A DNA stretch of 64,000 bases from an uncultured Thermoplasmatales archaeon. Lineage in GTDB: Archaea > Thermoplasmatota > E2 > DHVEG-1. Position 1 is the stretch's first letter. Each line of letters starts with the position of its first letter. The stretch covers positions 24,418 to 88,417 of the forward strand of contig CAZTFR010000001.1 of assembly GCA_964612945.1 (NCBI GenBank), given 5' to 3'. The translations under genes were made by a program, and so were the position numbers. Of the stretch, positions 31,036-39,995 are shown piece by piece. The notes beneath the pieces are model-generated. The model saw nothing but the letters and a program-made list of their open reading frames with translations, was not told the origin of the DNA and did not search any database.

Positions 31036-32487
31036 ATGAGCAAAATGGGAAAAGTGCTATTTATTGTGCATGATGTCTATCAGGATGATAACGAGTTTCC
31101 CTTGGGTGTTGGGTATCTTGCAGCAGTGCTTCGTCAACAGGGTGCTGATGTGACGGTCTGTTGCCAGGACATCTACCATTATCGCAATGAAGAATTAGCT
31201 GAAAAATATCTAAAAAATCAGACGTGGGATGTAATTGGAATTGGGTTTCTTGCCGCTCGTTTTAAGGAAACGATTATTGATCTTTGTAAGACGGTTAATC
31301 AGCATAAAAAGAATGCAAAATTAGTATTGGGCGGTCATGGCCCATCTCCGATCCCTGAGTTTGTGCTACAGACGACACAGGCAGATGTTGTAATACTTGG
31401 TGAGGCTGAGGAGACCATTGGAGATCTTCTTCAAGCCGTGGTGAACGGTGAATCCTATCAAGATATCAAGGGTATTGCGTATCGGGATGGTGATCAGATC
31501 GTTGTGAATGATCGCAGAAAGCCTGTTCGTCATCTCGATGAGCTTCCTTTTCCTGCATGGGATCTTTTTCCCATGGATATTTACACATCAAACATGCAAT
31601 ATATGGGGCAGGATCCTAATGAAAAAGCTATTCAATTAATTACGAGTCGTGGATGTGTGAATAAATGCACCTTTTGCTATCGGTTAGAACCCGGTATTCG
31701 CTTTCGTAGTTTGGATAATGTTGTACAGGAAATGAAAGCCCTGTATGATACCTATGGTGTCACCTATTTTGTCATTCAAGATGAACTCTTTGTTGCATCA
31801 GTGAAACGCTTTGAGAAATTCATTGATACTCTCGAAAACTATGGGCTGCTTCATAAGATTAAATACAATATTAGCGTGGGAATTCGTGCAGATGTTGCAA
31901 CAGAGGAGATGGCTGAGCTTTTAAAAGAAACCGGGTGTGTCTATGTCAATATTGGGTTTGAATCGGTCTCCCAACAATGTCTTGATGACTATCGAAAAAA
32001 TACAACCGTCGAACAAAACTATGCAACTGCTGAGTTGATGAGAAAATATGAGATCTCCATGGGGATCAATTTCATCTGGGGAATCTGGAGTGACAGCGAG
32101 CAAACACTGAAAGATAATGTCGCTTTTATTAAAAAATATAACCGCTACGATGAATTACGAACGATTCGACCGGTCACTCCATATCCTGGTAGTGAACTCT
32201 ATTATCAAGCAATTGATCATGGTCTCCTAAAGGGTCCTTCAGATTTTTTTAACAAGTTTCGTAATTCTGACTTGCTCACGGTAAATTTCACGAAGTATTC
32301 TGAAAAAGAGTTTTACACCCTATTGTTTCAGGCTAACAAGGAGCTTATCTTAGATCATTATCGGCACACCGGCGATAGAAAGGCCGCAGAAAAAATGATA
32401 GCTGATTTCCGCAATCTCTATTTCAAAGGCTATGTTCAATTCCGGGGCGCCCGACATTTCGAGAAAAACCCTATAAGCAGTCACTAG
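31036..32487 (+). CDS. B12-binding-domain radical SAM enzyme (class B radical SAM methyltransferase-like)
   Basis: N-terminal cobalamin-binding-like domain (VLFIVHDVY...GVGYLAAVLRQQG). CxxxCxxC-type cluster region SRGCVNKCTFCYR. Confidence 0.7.
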   Translation: MSKMGKVLFIVHDVYQDDNEFPLGVGYLAAVLRQQGADVTVCCQDIYHYRNEELAEKYLKNQTWDVIGIGFLAARFKETIIDLCKTVNQHKKNAKLVLGGHGPSPIPEFVLQTTQADVVILGEAEETIGDLLQAVVNGESYQDIKGIAYRDGDQIVVNDRRKPVRHLDELPFPAWDLFPMDIYTSNMQYMGQDPNEKAIQLITSRGCVNKCTFCYRLEPGIRFRSLDNVVQEMKALYDTYGVTYFVIQDELFVASVKRFEKFIDTLENYGLLHKIKYNISVGIRADVATEEMAELLKETGCVYVNIGFESVSQQCLDDYRKNTTVEQNYATAELMRKYEISMGINFIWGIWSDSEQTLKDNVAFIKKYNRYDELRTIRPVTPYPGSELYYQAIDHGLLKGPSDFFNKFRNSDLLTVNFTKYSEKEFYTLLFQANKELILDHYRHTGDRKAAEKMIADFRNLYFKGYVQFRGARHFEKNPISSH

Positions 32488-32657
32488 ATACATATCGGTA
32501 CACTCGTAAAAATCGATCTGAAAGATATCCTTCTTTAGCAGTGGTTGATATAATAATGAAAAGATTAAAAAGAGGATTCTTTATTTTCTGAATACCCGTG
32601 TTCTCCAAATTGAGAGGGGGAGTTGGGAAAAAAAAGAAAATATGAGGGAAGAAAAAA

Positions 32658-33524
32658 ATGTATGATTCAACCTACACAGATGTACCATTTATTATTGCAG
32701 AAATTGGCATTAATCATAATGGATCACTTGAGATTGCAAAGCAACTGATAGACATGGCAGCAGACTGCGGATGTAATGCGGTGAAGTTCCAAAAACGAGC
32801 CATAGATGTCGTCTACACAGAAGATTATTTGGCATCACCGCGAAAGAGTCCGTGGGGGGCTACACAACGAGAACAAAAAAAAGGTCTTGAGTTTGAACAA
32901 CAAGAATACAATAAAATCGAACGTTATTGTCGACAGAAAAATATCGAATGGTTTGCCTCGGCATGGGATGAACAAAGTCAACAGTTTCTGCGGCAGTATA
33001 AACTCAACTACAATAAAATTGCATCAACCATGCTTACCAACATTCCCTTTCTGGAATTGGTTGCACAAGAAAAGAAACACACCTTCATCTCAACTGGTAT
33101 GAGTACCTATAAAGAAATTGACAAGGCTGTTCAGATTTTCAACGATTACGATTGTCCCTTTACTCTGATGCATTGTGTTTCCACCTATCCCAGTGAAGAT
33201 GAGGAATGCAATATCTTAATGGTACAAACATTACAAGAGCGATACAATTGCGATGTTGGATACAGTGGTCATGAGCGGGGAGTTACTCCCTCTATTCTTG
33301 CGGTAGCATTTGGTGCCCGCGTTATCGAACGACATATCACTCTTGATCGAACAATGTATGGAAGTGATCAAGCAGCCTCCCTTGAAAAACGAGGGCTTGA
33401 AATACTGGTGCGAGACTCCCGATCCGTGCAGGAAATACTCGGTGATGGAGAAAAATATTTTACGGATAAAGAAAAACCGATTGCCAAAAAACTCCGGTAT
33501 TTTGAGGTCAACCATTATGAATGA
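32658..33524 (+). CDS. NeuB-family synthase (SpsE-like, no SAF domain)
   Basis: FIIAEIGINHNGSLEIAKQLIDMAA and FQKR motifs. 288 aa without the C-terminal SAF domain. Confidence 0.7.
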   Translation: MYDSTYTDVPFIIAEIGINHNGSLEIAKQLIDMAADCGCNAVKFQKRAIDVVYTEDYLASPRKSPWGATQREQKKGLEFEQQEYNKIERYCRQKNIEWFASAWDEQSQQFLRQYKLNYNKIASTMLTNIPFLELVAQEKKHTFISTGMSTYKEIDKAVQIFNDYDCPFTLMHCVSTYPSEDEECNILMVQTLQERYNCDVGYSGHERGVTPSILAVAFGARVIERHITLDRTMYGSDQAASLEKRGLEILVRDSRSVQEILGDGEKYFTDKEKPIAKKLRYFEVNHYE

Positions 33525-34764
33525 ACCTATGTTGCAGCATCCTTCGCAGAATCCGTATGGGAAATGGATCGGAAATGAGCTTCGGTATGTCACTGAGGTT
33601 CTTGACTCTGAAAATAAGGAAAATAAAAAAAATCCATGGGTAAATCGTTTTGAAACAGCCTTTGCCAAACGCTTTGGTATGAACTACGGTATAGCCCATA
33701 ATTCAGGGACATCAACGCTTCATTCTTGTCTTGCGGCAGCAGGTGTTCACGCCGGTGATGAAGTGATTTGCCCTGCGTATACTGTGATTATGAATGCGTT
33801 TGCTATCCTTCATCAGAACGCAGTCCCCGTGTTTGCCGACTCTGATCCTGAGACATTTAACATTGATCCCAGTGATGTAAAACGGAAAATTACCGATAAA
33901 ACCAAAGCCATAATTGCGGTCCATATGCATGGTCTTCCTGCAGATATGGGTCCTCTCATGAAACTTGCACGACAGCATAATCTTGTCGTCATTGAGGATA
34001 GCGCGCAATGTGTGCTTGGATGGTACAAAAATCGTCTGGCAGGAACCATTGGTGATATGGCAAGTTTTAGTTTTGAAACGAAAAAACATCTCTCCACCTT
34101 TGAAGGTGGGATGGTGCTGACAAATAATAAGACCTATGCAGAAACAATCAGAAAAGTCGGTGGATTGGGATATAAAACACTCTCTGCTGATCAGGCACTA
34201 CGAACCGTGTTACCAACTGATTTTCAAGACCCCCATTATAAACGTCATGATATCCTTGGCTGGAATTATCGAATGACAGAGCTTACCGCAGCGGTAGGGC
34301 TTGCTCAACTTGAACGAGTTGATGAAATTGTGGAAAGACGGCAGCAGGTTGCCGCACTTTTTGATCAGGCAGTGGAGGATTGTGAGTGGATGATCCCGCA
34401 AAAAATACCTTCTCATATGACACATACGTATTGGACGTATGCAGTGCGCTATCTGGGTGATCAGTACACGAATGTGTCCTGGAAAGAGTTTTACCATCGG
34501 TATCTTAAAAATGGAGGGGATGGCTTTTATGGGGCTCTGTCGCTTCAGTATCAGGAACCGGTGATGAAAGAGAAACAATGGCTGGGAACCTACCTTCCTG
34601 ATTGTGATGTCTATACTGGTCAATTTGAGTATCATGATGGCCTATGTCCTGTCGCTGAAGAGATCCAACCCACAGTTATGCAGTTTAAGACAAACTATCG
34701 TAACCTAAATATTGCACGGAAAAAAACTGACATCCTGCGACAGACGATTAAAGAAATGAGTTAA
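33517..34764 (+). CDS. DegT-family sugar aminotransferase (SpsC-like)
   Basis: Start taken at ATG 33517 in an ATGAATGA overlap with the upstream stop. The ORF-track start 33310 would overlap the preceding gene by 200 nt. PLP region FSFETKKHLSTFEGG. Confidence 0.75.
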   Translation: MNEPMLQHPSQNPYGKWIGNELRYVTEVLDSENKENKKNPWVNRFETAFAKRFGMNYGIAHNSGTSTLHSCLAAAGVHAGDEVICPAYTVIMNAFAILHQNAVPVFADSDPETFNIDPSDVKRKITDKTKAIIAVHMHGLPADMGPLMKLARQHNLVVIEDSAQCVLGWYKNRLAGTIGDMASFSFETKKHLSTFEGGMVLTNNKTYAETIRKVGGLGYKTLSADQALRTVLPTDFQDPHYKRHDILGWNYRMTELTAAVGLAQLERVDEIVERRQQVAALFDQAVEDCEWMIPQKIPSHMTHTYWTYAVRYLGDQYTNVSWKEFYHRYLKNGGDGFYGALSLQYQEPVMKEKQWLGTYLPDCDVYTGQFEYHDGLCPVAEEIQPTVMQFKTNYRNLNIARKKTDILRQTIKEMS

Positions 34765-34781
34765 CAAAGGAGAGTTTAGCT

Positions 34782-35507
34782 TTGGATGAATATGGATTTA
34801 TTACGGTACGAACCACGTCTTCTCGTTTAAAAGAAAAATGTCTGCTTCCCTTTGGAGAACAAACGGTGATTGAACATGTTATTGATCGTGCGCTGCATTT
34901 CAATTTTATCCCAGTGATCTGCACGACGACGAACGCTACTGATAACATACTGGAAACCATCGCAAACAAACATAATGTTTGTTGTTTTCGTGGAAGTGAA
35001 AAAGACAAACTGAAGCGTTGGCTTGATTGCTGCAACCATTTTTCTATTGACTCATTTGTTAGTATTGATGCCGATGATCCCTTCTTTGATGAGGAGTCTG
35101 ATCATCACTGTATGAAACTGCTTCATGAGCAGCAATTGGATGCGGTTTATCCTCCAGAAAATATCTATGTTGGAAGCGTTGGATATGCACTTACACGAGA
35201 TATCATCAACCGAGCATGCAAACTAAAATCAAGTGATGATACAGAGATGATGTGGTATTATTTAGAAAAAGTCCCCGATCTTAAAAAAACTGTGCTGCCC
35301 GTTTTTGACGTTGAAGAAACAAAAATCAGATTGACACTTGACTATGAGGAAGATTATTGGATGCTAGTCAGCGTTCTTCGAATGCTCGATTCCTATCCAA
35401 CACGTCGCGACATTGAACAATTATTTATCAGAAATCCTGACCTGCATAAAATCAACTGGTTCCGAAACCAGCAATGGAAACAAGGCCAACTTGAGAAAAA
35501 AATTTAA
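34782..35507 (+). CDS. CTP-transferase-3 family cytidylyltransferase (SpsF-like)
   Basis: FITVRTTSSRLKEKCLLPFGEQTVIEHVI N-terminus typical of the acylneuraminate cytidylyltransferase superfamily. Confidence 0.6.
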   Translation: MDEYGFITVRTTSSRLKEKCLLPFGEQTVIEHVIDRALHFNFIPVICTTTNATDNILETIANKHNVCCFRGSEKDKLKRWLDCCNHFSIDSFVSIDADDPFFDEESDHHCMKLLHEQQLDAVYPPENIYVGSVGYALTRDIINRACKLKSSDDTEMMWYYLEKVPDLKKTVLPVFDVEETKIRLTLDYEEDYWMLVSVLRMLDSYPTRRDIEQLFIRNPDLHKINWFRNQQWKQGQLEKKI

Positions 35508-35526
35508 CCCTGAGGTAGGCAGAGAC

Positions 35527-36363
35527 ATGGAAAAAAAAACGATATCTCGGCTTTTTGGTCTTGACGGCAAGGTTGCTGTGATCACTGGTGGTGCAGGCAT
35601 GCTTGGGGAGATGCATGCGGAAATTATTGCAGAAGCCGGCGGTATACCGGTGTTGGTAGACATTCAAATAGAGCAAGCAGAACAAAAAGCAAAGCGGATA
35701 CAAAAAAAGTTTGCTGTTCCCACGTTAGCGGTGAAAACTGATATCACGAAGCAAGAGGAGGTAAGACGTCTTCTGAAAACAGTGCTGCAGCGATATGGTC
35801 GCGTTGATATTCTTATCAATAATGCGGCACGTAATCCAAGAGTTGGTCAGTCAGAAGGCGTTGAGTTATCACGATTGGAACATTTTTCCCTGCAACAGTG
35901 GCATGCGGATCTGGCTGTGGGACTGACCGGTGCTTTTCTCTGTAGTAAGGTGATTGGTGAGGAGATGGCAAAGCGCCATGCAGGTGTTATAATCAATATT
36001 TCCTCAGATTTGGGAGTGATCGCCCCAGATCAGCGTTTGTATAAAAAACCTAATTGTTCTGAGGAGAAACAACCGGTAAAACCGGTGACGTATTCGGTGG
36101 TGAAATCTGGATTACATGGGTTAACCAGGTATCTGTCCACCTATTGGGCTGAAAAAAATATTCGAGTCAATTCACTCTCTCCAGGAGGAGTATATGAAAA
36201 TCAACCAGATAGTTTTGTACAAAAAGTATCTCATTTGATTCCTCTGGGGAGAATGGCAAAAAAAGATGAATATAAAGGTGCTATTTTGTTTCTTTGCTCT
36301 GATGCGTCTTCCTATATGACTGGCGCAAATCTTATTGTCGATGGAGGAAGAACTGTCTGGTAG
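35527..36363 (+). CDS. short-chain dehydrogenase/reductase
   Basis: KVAVITGGAGMLGEMHA and YSVVKSG (YxxxK). Start taken at Met 35527 to avoid overlapping the upstream gene. Confidence 0.7.
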   Translation: MEKKTISRLFGLDGKVAVITGGAGMLGEMHAEIIAEAGGIPVLVDIQIEQAEQKAKRIQKKFAVPTLAVKTDITKQEEVRRLLKTVLQRYGRVDILINNAARNPRVGQSEGVELSRLEHFSLQQWHADLAVGLTGAFLCSKVIGEEMAKRHAGVIINISSDLGVIAPDQRLYKKPNCSEEKQPVKPVTYSVVKSGLHGLTRYLSTYWAEKNIRVNSLSPGGVYENQPDSFVQKVSHLIPLGRMAKKDEYKGAILFLCSDASSYMTGANLIVDGGRTVW

Positions 36364-36380
36364 TTTTGTGAGGTGTAACG

Positions 36381-36677
36381 ATGAGTGTGTATTGTTTTGA
36401 TATTGATGGAACAATTTGTTCAAAAGAATCTCCGGAAAATTATGGGAAAGCAAAGCCGTTTAAGCAAATCATAAACCGAATTAATAAATTGTATGTGGAA
36501 GGCCATACTATTTATTTTTTTACCTCTCGGCATATGCTGAAAGAACCGGTTACAAAGGAATGGTTTGCTCGGCATGACGTGCGCTATCATCAGATCTTTT
36601 TTGGAAAACCTTTGGCTCAGGTATATGTTGATGATTTAGCGCTTAATCCTGATGAGTTTTTGAAAAATGAAAAATAA
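36381..36677 (+). CDS. small HAD-superfamily phosphatase-like protein
   Basis: CFDIDGTIC (DxDGT motif I) in a 98-aa protein. Confidence 0.4.
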   Translation: MSVYCFDIDGTICSKESPENYGKAKPFKQIINRINKLYVEGHTIYFFTSRHMLKEPVTKEWFARHDVRYHQIFFGKPLAQVYVDDLALNPDEFLKNEK

Positions 36678-36683
36678 TTTTTT

Positions 36684-38207
36684 TTATTTTTGTTTTATTT
36701 CCCCTGAAATATAGTGATACATTTTTTTGATATTGAAGGTATCAAGTAAGAAGAGTATATCTTTTTTGGTGAATTCTCTACAAATGAAGAGTATTCCAAG
36801 ATATATGCCAAGGCCAAGGAGGCTGATAGCAAGGAGGCTATACCAGCGGTTGATGACTAGTATTCCTGATTCGAAACTGATCCAGTAGAGAATGATGCTC
36901 ATTATGCTGCTTGCGAATAGGTGAAGGATGAGGCGGTAGTTGAATCGTACTTGTAATATCTTATATACGGTGTATCTGCAGTAGAGATATCCAAGGGTGT
37001 ACGAAATCACGGTTGCTATCGCGGCGCCGGTCGGGCCGAGGCCAAAGAGGGTAAGTCCGAGGCTTTGTATGTCTTTTGGGATGAGAAGAATATTTAATAA
37101 TACATTTGTTGTGACCATGAGAAGTATTCTGTTTCTTTCAAGTTTTGGTTTATCCATTCCTAAGAGTTGCGAGTGATAGGGTATGGAGAGTGCGTAGAGG
37201 AGTGCATATATGGGGAGGATGCGGAAGATGGGAATGGCGGGGATGAATTCTTTGGAAAGGAGGATGGTGATTGCTGGTGATGCAAGGACGATTATCCCTG
37301 CAACCATGGGGAAGGTGAGCATGCTGACGTATCGTTCGGATTGATGAAGGATTTGTTTGATTGCTTTTTTGTCGTTTTTTTTGTGCAGTGCAGAAATGGT
37401 TGGGAAGAGTAATCCTCCGATGCTGCTTCCCGCCATGACGATGAATCCGGTGATGCGAAATGTTGCAAAGTAATAACCTACATCGTTTGCGTTGTAGAAC
37501 ATCTGAATAAGGACTTTGTCGATATGTGTCATGATGAGGGCGGAGCTGCTGACAATGAGGAGGGGCCATGCGAAGGTGAGATATTTTTTGAAGCTTTCTT
37601 TTGTTGGTTTTTTGAGAGGGTATCCTTTGAAAAATACAAGACTGCTGAGAAAGAGGAAGAAATGACCAAAGACGTATGCGAAAGCAAGTTCGATGGCGCC
37701 AAATCCTGAGATCGCCACGTAGATGATTGCACCGGTCCGGGCGATGGTTCCAATGAGTCGGGGGAGGTATGTTTTTGCAATTTTTGTTTGTGCGGTAAAG
37801 GTTATTTGAAAGATGGTCGCTGTTTTTTCTAATATAAAATAAAGCAGGATAATGTAGATTGCGGCTTCATGTATTGGTGTTTCAAATCCTCTTCCGATGA
37901 TGAATAGCCAGAAGAAGACGGTACCAATAGTCAGAGCGGTCATTATTGAAAGAAGTATTAGCTTTACCGAAAGAAAGGTTCCAATGCAGGTTCCAAGATC
38001 TTCTCCTCCAGAAACTCGTTTTATGTGTGCTTCGTTGAACCCGAGGCTTGAAACCATGGTGAATAAACCGACATATCCGATGGCAAACCCGATTATCCCA
38101 TAGTCGTATGGTCCGAGATATCGCGCGATGAAAAATAATGAGACATAGGCTAATATGGCATCGAGAATATCGGTTGTCATGATAAGAAGTGTTTTTCTTG
38201 CGATCAT
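36684..38207 (-). CDS. wzx: Wzx-like polysaccharide flippase (MOP superfamily)
   Basis: 507 aa with about 12-14 predicted TM helices and a polysaccharide-biosynthesis-protein topology. Convergent with the cluster end. Confidence 0.65.
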   Translation of the reverse strand: MIARKTLLIMTTDILDAILAYVSLFFIARYLGPYDYGIIGFAIGYVGLFTMVSSLGFNEAHIKRVSGGEDLGTCIGTFLSVKLILLSIMTALTIGTVFFWLFIIGRGFETPIHEAAIYIILLYFILEKTATIFQITFTAQTKIAKTYLPRLIGTIARTGAIIYVAISGFGAIELAFAYVFGHFFLFLSSLVFFKGYPLKKPTKESFKKYLTFAWPLLIVSSSALIMTHIDKVLIQMFYNANDVGYYFATFRITGFIVMAGSSIGGLLFPTISALHKKNDKKAIKQILHQSERYVSMLTFPMVAGIIVLASPAITILLSKEFIPAIPIFRILPIYALLYALSIPYHSQLLGMDKPKLERNRILLMVTTNVLLNILLIPKDIQSLGLTLFGLGPTGAAIATVISYTLGYLYCRYTVYKILQVRFNYRLILHLFASSIMSIILYWISFESGILVINRWYSLLAISLLGLGIYLGILFICREFTKKDILFLLDTFNIKKMYHYISGEIKQK

Positions 38208-38294
38208 CGATGTTTTCGTCTGGCGAATCGATGCTGAGATATATTAACTCGATGGAAAAAATTGGAGAGGTAGAATCTGTTGTATACCTTTTTT

Positions 38295-38702
38295 TCAACC
38301 GATGACTTGTACGACTTGTTTGTTGACGATTAGAAATTCTACAAGTTCCTCGGTATTTTGTAATTCTTTCAGGAGATTATACTCGATGATGTGTTCATAT
38401 TTTGTGAGCACGCGGCTGCCGCTTGGTGACCAGCTACCGATTTCGATGTGATGAGCGTCAAAGCTTTTGACGCCTCCAAGTATGGTGTAGGATTCTGTGA
38501 TAATGCGGAAGTTGCATTGGGAGCATTCGATAACAGTTTTGTAGGGTGTATATGGTGAGTCTTTATCGGTGATGGGTTCGATTTGGACCATAGCGAGAGG
38601 TGCGTGGCATTGTGGGCATACCATGTTTTTTGAGGCAGATTGTGACCAGATACTTTCTAGTATTTTCATGTTTTTTTGAAAATTTGTCTCACCAGGATTC
38701 AT
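38295..38702 (-). CDS. zinc-ribbon protein (CPQC...CSQC)
   Basis: 135 aa with CPQCHAP...x25...CSQCNF. Confidence 0.35.
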   Translation of the reverse strand: MNPGETNFQKNMKILESIWSQSASKNMVCPQCHAPLAMVQIEPITDKDSPYTPYKTVIECSQCNFRIITESYTILGGVKSFDAHHIEIGSWSPSGSRVLTKYEHIIEYNLLKELQNTEELVEFLIVNKQVVQVIG

Positions 38703-38819
38703 TCCTATACTTATCGTTGCTTCTTATTTATATAGTTTTGTATGACTTGCGGTGTTTTTTTTTTTTTTATTTTCCGCATCTCTTATTAGTGTGTTTTTTT
38801 ATTTTGATGTTGGGTTGTT

Positions 38820-39608
38820 ATGAAGAAGATTGTAACGTTTTTATCGGATTTTGGTTCGTCTGGTGGATATGTTTCGCAGATGAAGGCAGTGGTGCTGAGT
38901 TTGTGTGATGCCTGTCTGGTGGATGTGTCGCATGATATTGCTCCGCAGAATGTGCGTGAGTGTGCGTTTGTGTTGCGGAGTGTGGTTCCGTTTTTTCCGG
39001 TTGGTTCGGTGCATGTATGTGTGGTTGATCCTGGCGTGGGGACCGATCGTCGTGGGATTTTGGTTGCATCAAAAAAGCATGTTTTTGTTGGTCCGGATAA
39101 TGGGTTGTTGATTCCGGCGGCTCGTTTGTTTGGTGATTTTAAGGTTTTTTTGATCGAAAATGAGGAGTTTATGGTTCGGCCTGTTTCTGATACGTTTCAT
39201 GGTCGTGATGTGTTTGCATCGGTTGCAGGTCATGTGGTTAATGGGGTGTCTTTTGAGCGTTTTGGTCGTCGTGTTTCTGATTTTGTGGATATGGATTTTG
39301 GTCCTTCTGATTTGATTGAGGGGGGTGTTGTTGGTGAGGTGTTGTTTGGTGACCGATTTGGAAATGTGGTGACTAATATTTCTAGTTCTATGTTTTTTGA
39401 GCGTTTTTCTTTTGGTGAGAATTGTACTTTGAGAATTGGGAAAAAGAGACGTAAGGTAGTGTGCGCGCGTTCGTTTGGTCATGTTTCTTCTGGTGAGTTG
39501 TTGGTGTATGTGGGGAGTAGTGATTTTGTTGAGGTTGGTGTTAATAGAGGGAGTGCGTTTGAGGTGTTGGGTGTGTCTGTGGGTGATGTAGTGTCGTTGG
39601 TGGGTTAA
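38820..39608 (+). CDS. SAM hydroxide adenosyltransferase (DUF62, fluorinase/chlorinase-like SAM hydrolase family)
   Basis: FLSDFGSSGGYVSQMKAVV, DVSHDIAPQNV and VDPGVGTDRRGI hallmark motifs. Coding strand is extremely G+T-rich (73% in a counted 60-nt sample). Confidence 0.8.
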   Translation: MKKIVTFLSDFGSSGGYVSQMKAVVLSLCDACLVDVSHDIAPQNVRECAFVLRSVVPFFPVGSVHVCVVDPGVGTDRRGILVASKKHVFVGPDNGLLIPAARLFGDFKVFLIENEEFMVRPVSDTFHGRDVFASVAGHVVNGVSFERFGRRVSDFVDMDFGPSDLIEGGVVGEVLFGDRFGNVVTNISSSMFFERFSFGENCTLRIGKKRRKVVCARSFGHVSSGELLVYVGSSDFVEVGVNRGSAFEVLGVSVGDVVSLVG

Positions 39609-39826
39609 AATTTTATGAGTGCGTCAAGGAGTCCGTGTGCGTAGTTGATGCATCCGAAGGCGGTGTAGTGGTCTTTTTTTTGCAGGTAATATTGTGCGTC
39701 TTGGTAGTATTGGGTGGCTAGTTGTATGATGTTTTGTTGTTGGGTTGTGTAGGTGTGTTCTTTTGTTGTTTTTAGGTTTTCTTCGAACATTTCTATGTCT
39801 TTTTGGGTGCGTGTTTTTTGGTCCAT
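39605..39826 (-). CDS. hypothetical small helical protein
   Basis: 73-aa ORF (…QYYQDAQYYLQKKDHYTAFGCINYAHGLLDALIKF). Lies in an A/C-rich antisense strand where stop codons are depleted, so it may be spurious. Confidence 0.2.
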   Translation of the reverse strand: MDQKTRTQKDIEMFEENLKTTKEHTYTTQQQNIIQLATQYYQDAQYYLQKKDHYTAFGCINYAHGLLDALIKF

Positions 39827-39995
39827 ACTGGTTGTTCTCGGGTGTGTTTACCGTTTGTGTTTTGATAAGGTTTTTGTTTTTTTTTTGTCGTTTCTGAGGC
39901 GATGTAATGTTTTGTCGTTTTGGTGGCGACATAATGGAAAAGTATTTATAGTTTTTAAATTAACTTTTTTATATATAATATAGCGTTATATATGT

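Noticed and set aside
33310-33516. ORF-track 5' extension of the DegT aminotransferase (start at 33310)
   Set aside because: It would overlap the preceding NeuB-family gene by about 200 nt in another frame. An in-frame ATG at 33517 in an ATGAATGA overlap gives a normal DegT N-terminus.
37150-37569. 139-aa minus-strand ORF rich in His/Arg/Pro within the flippase gene region
   Set aside because: It is an alternative frame of the same strand inside the Wzx-like membrane-protein gene. Low-complexity, no motifs.
39069-39932. Long minus-strand ORFs antisense to the DUF62 gene (39069..39482, 39624..39932) encoding K/R/T/N/H/P-rich low-complexity peptides
   Set aside because: They lie on the A/C-rich complement of a G+T-rich gene, where stop codons are statistically depleted. 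They have no motifs, are low-complexity, and overlap a confidently identified CDS.
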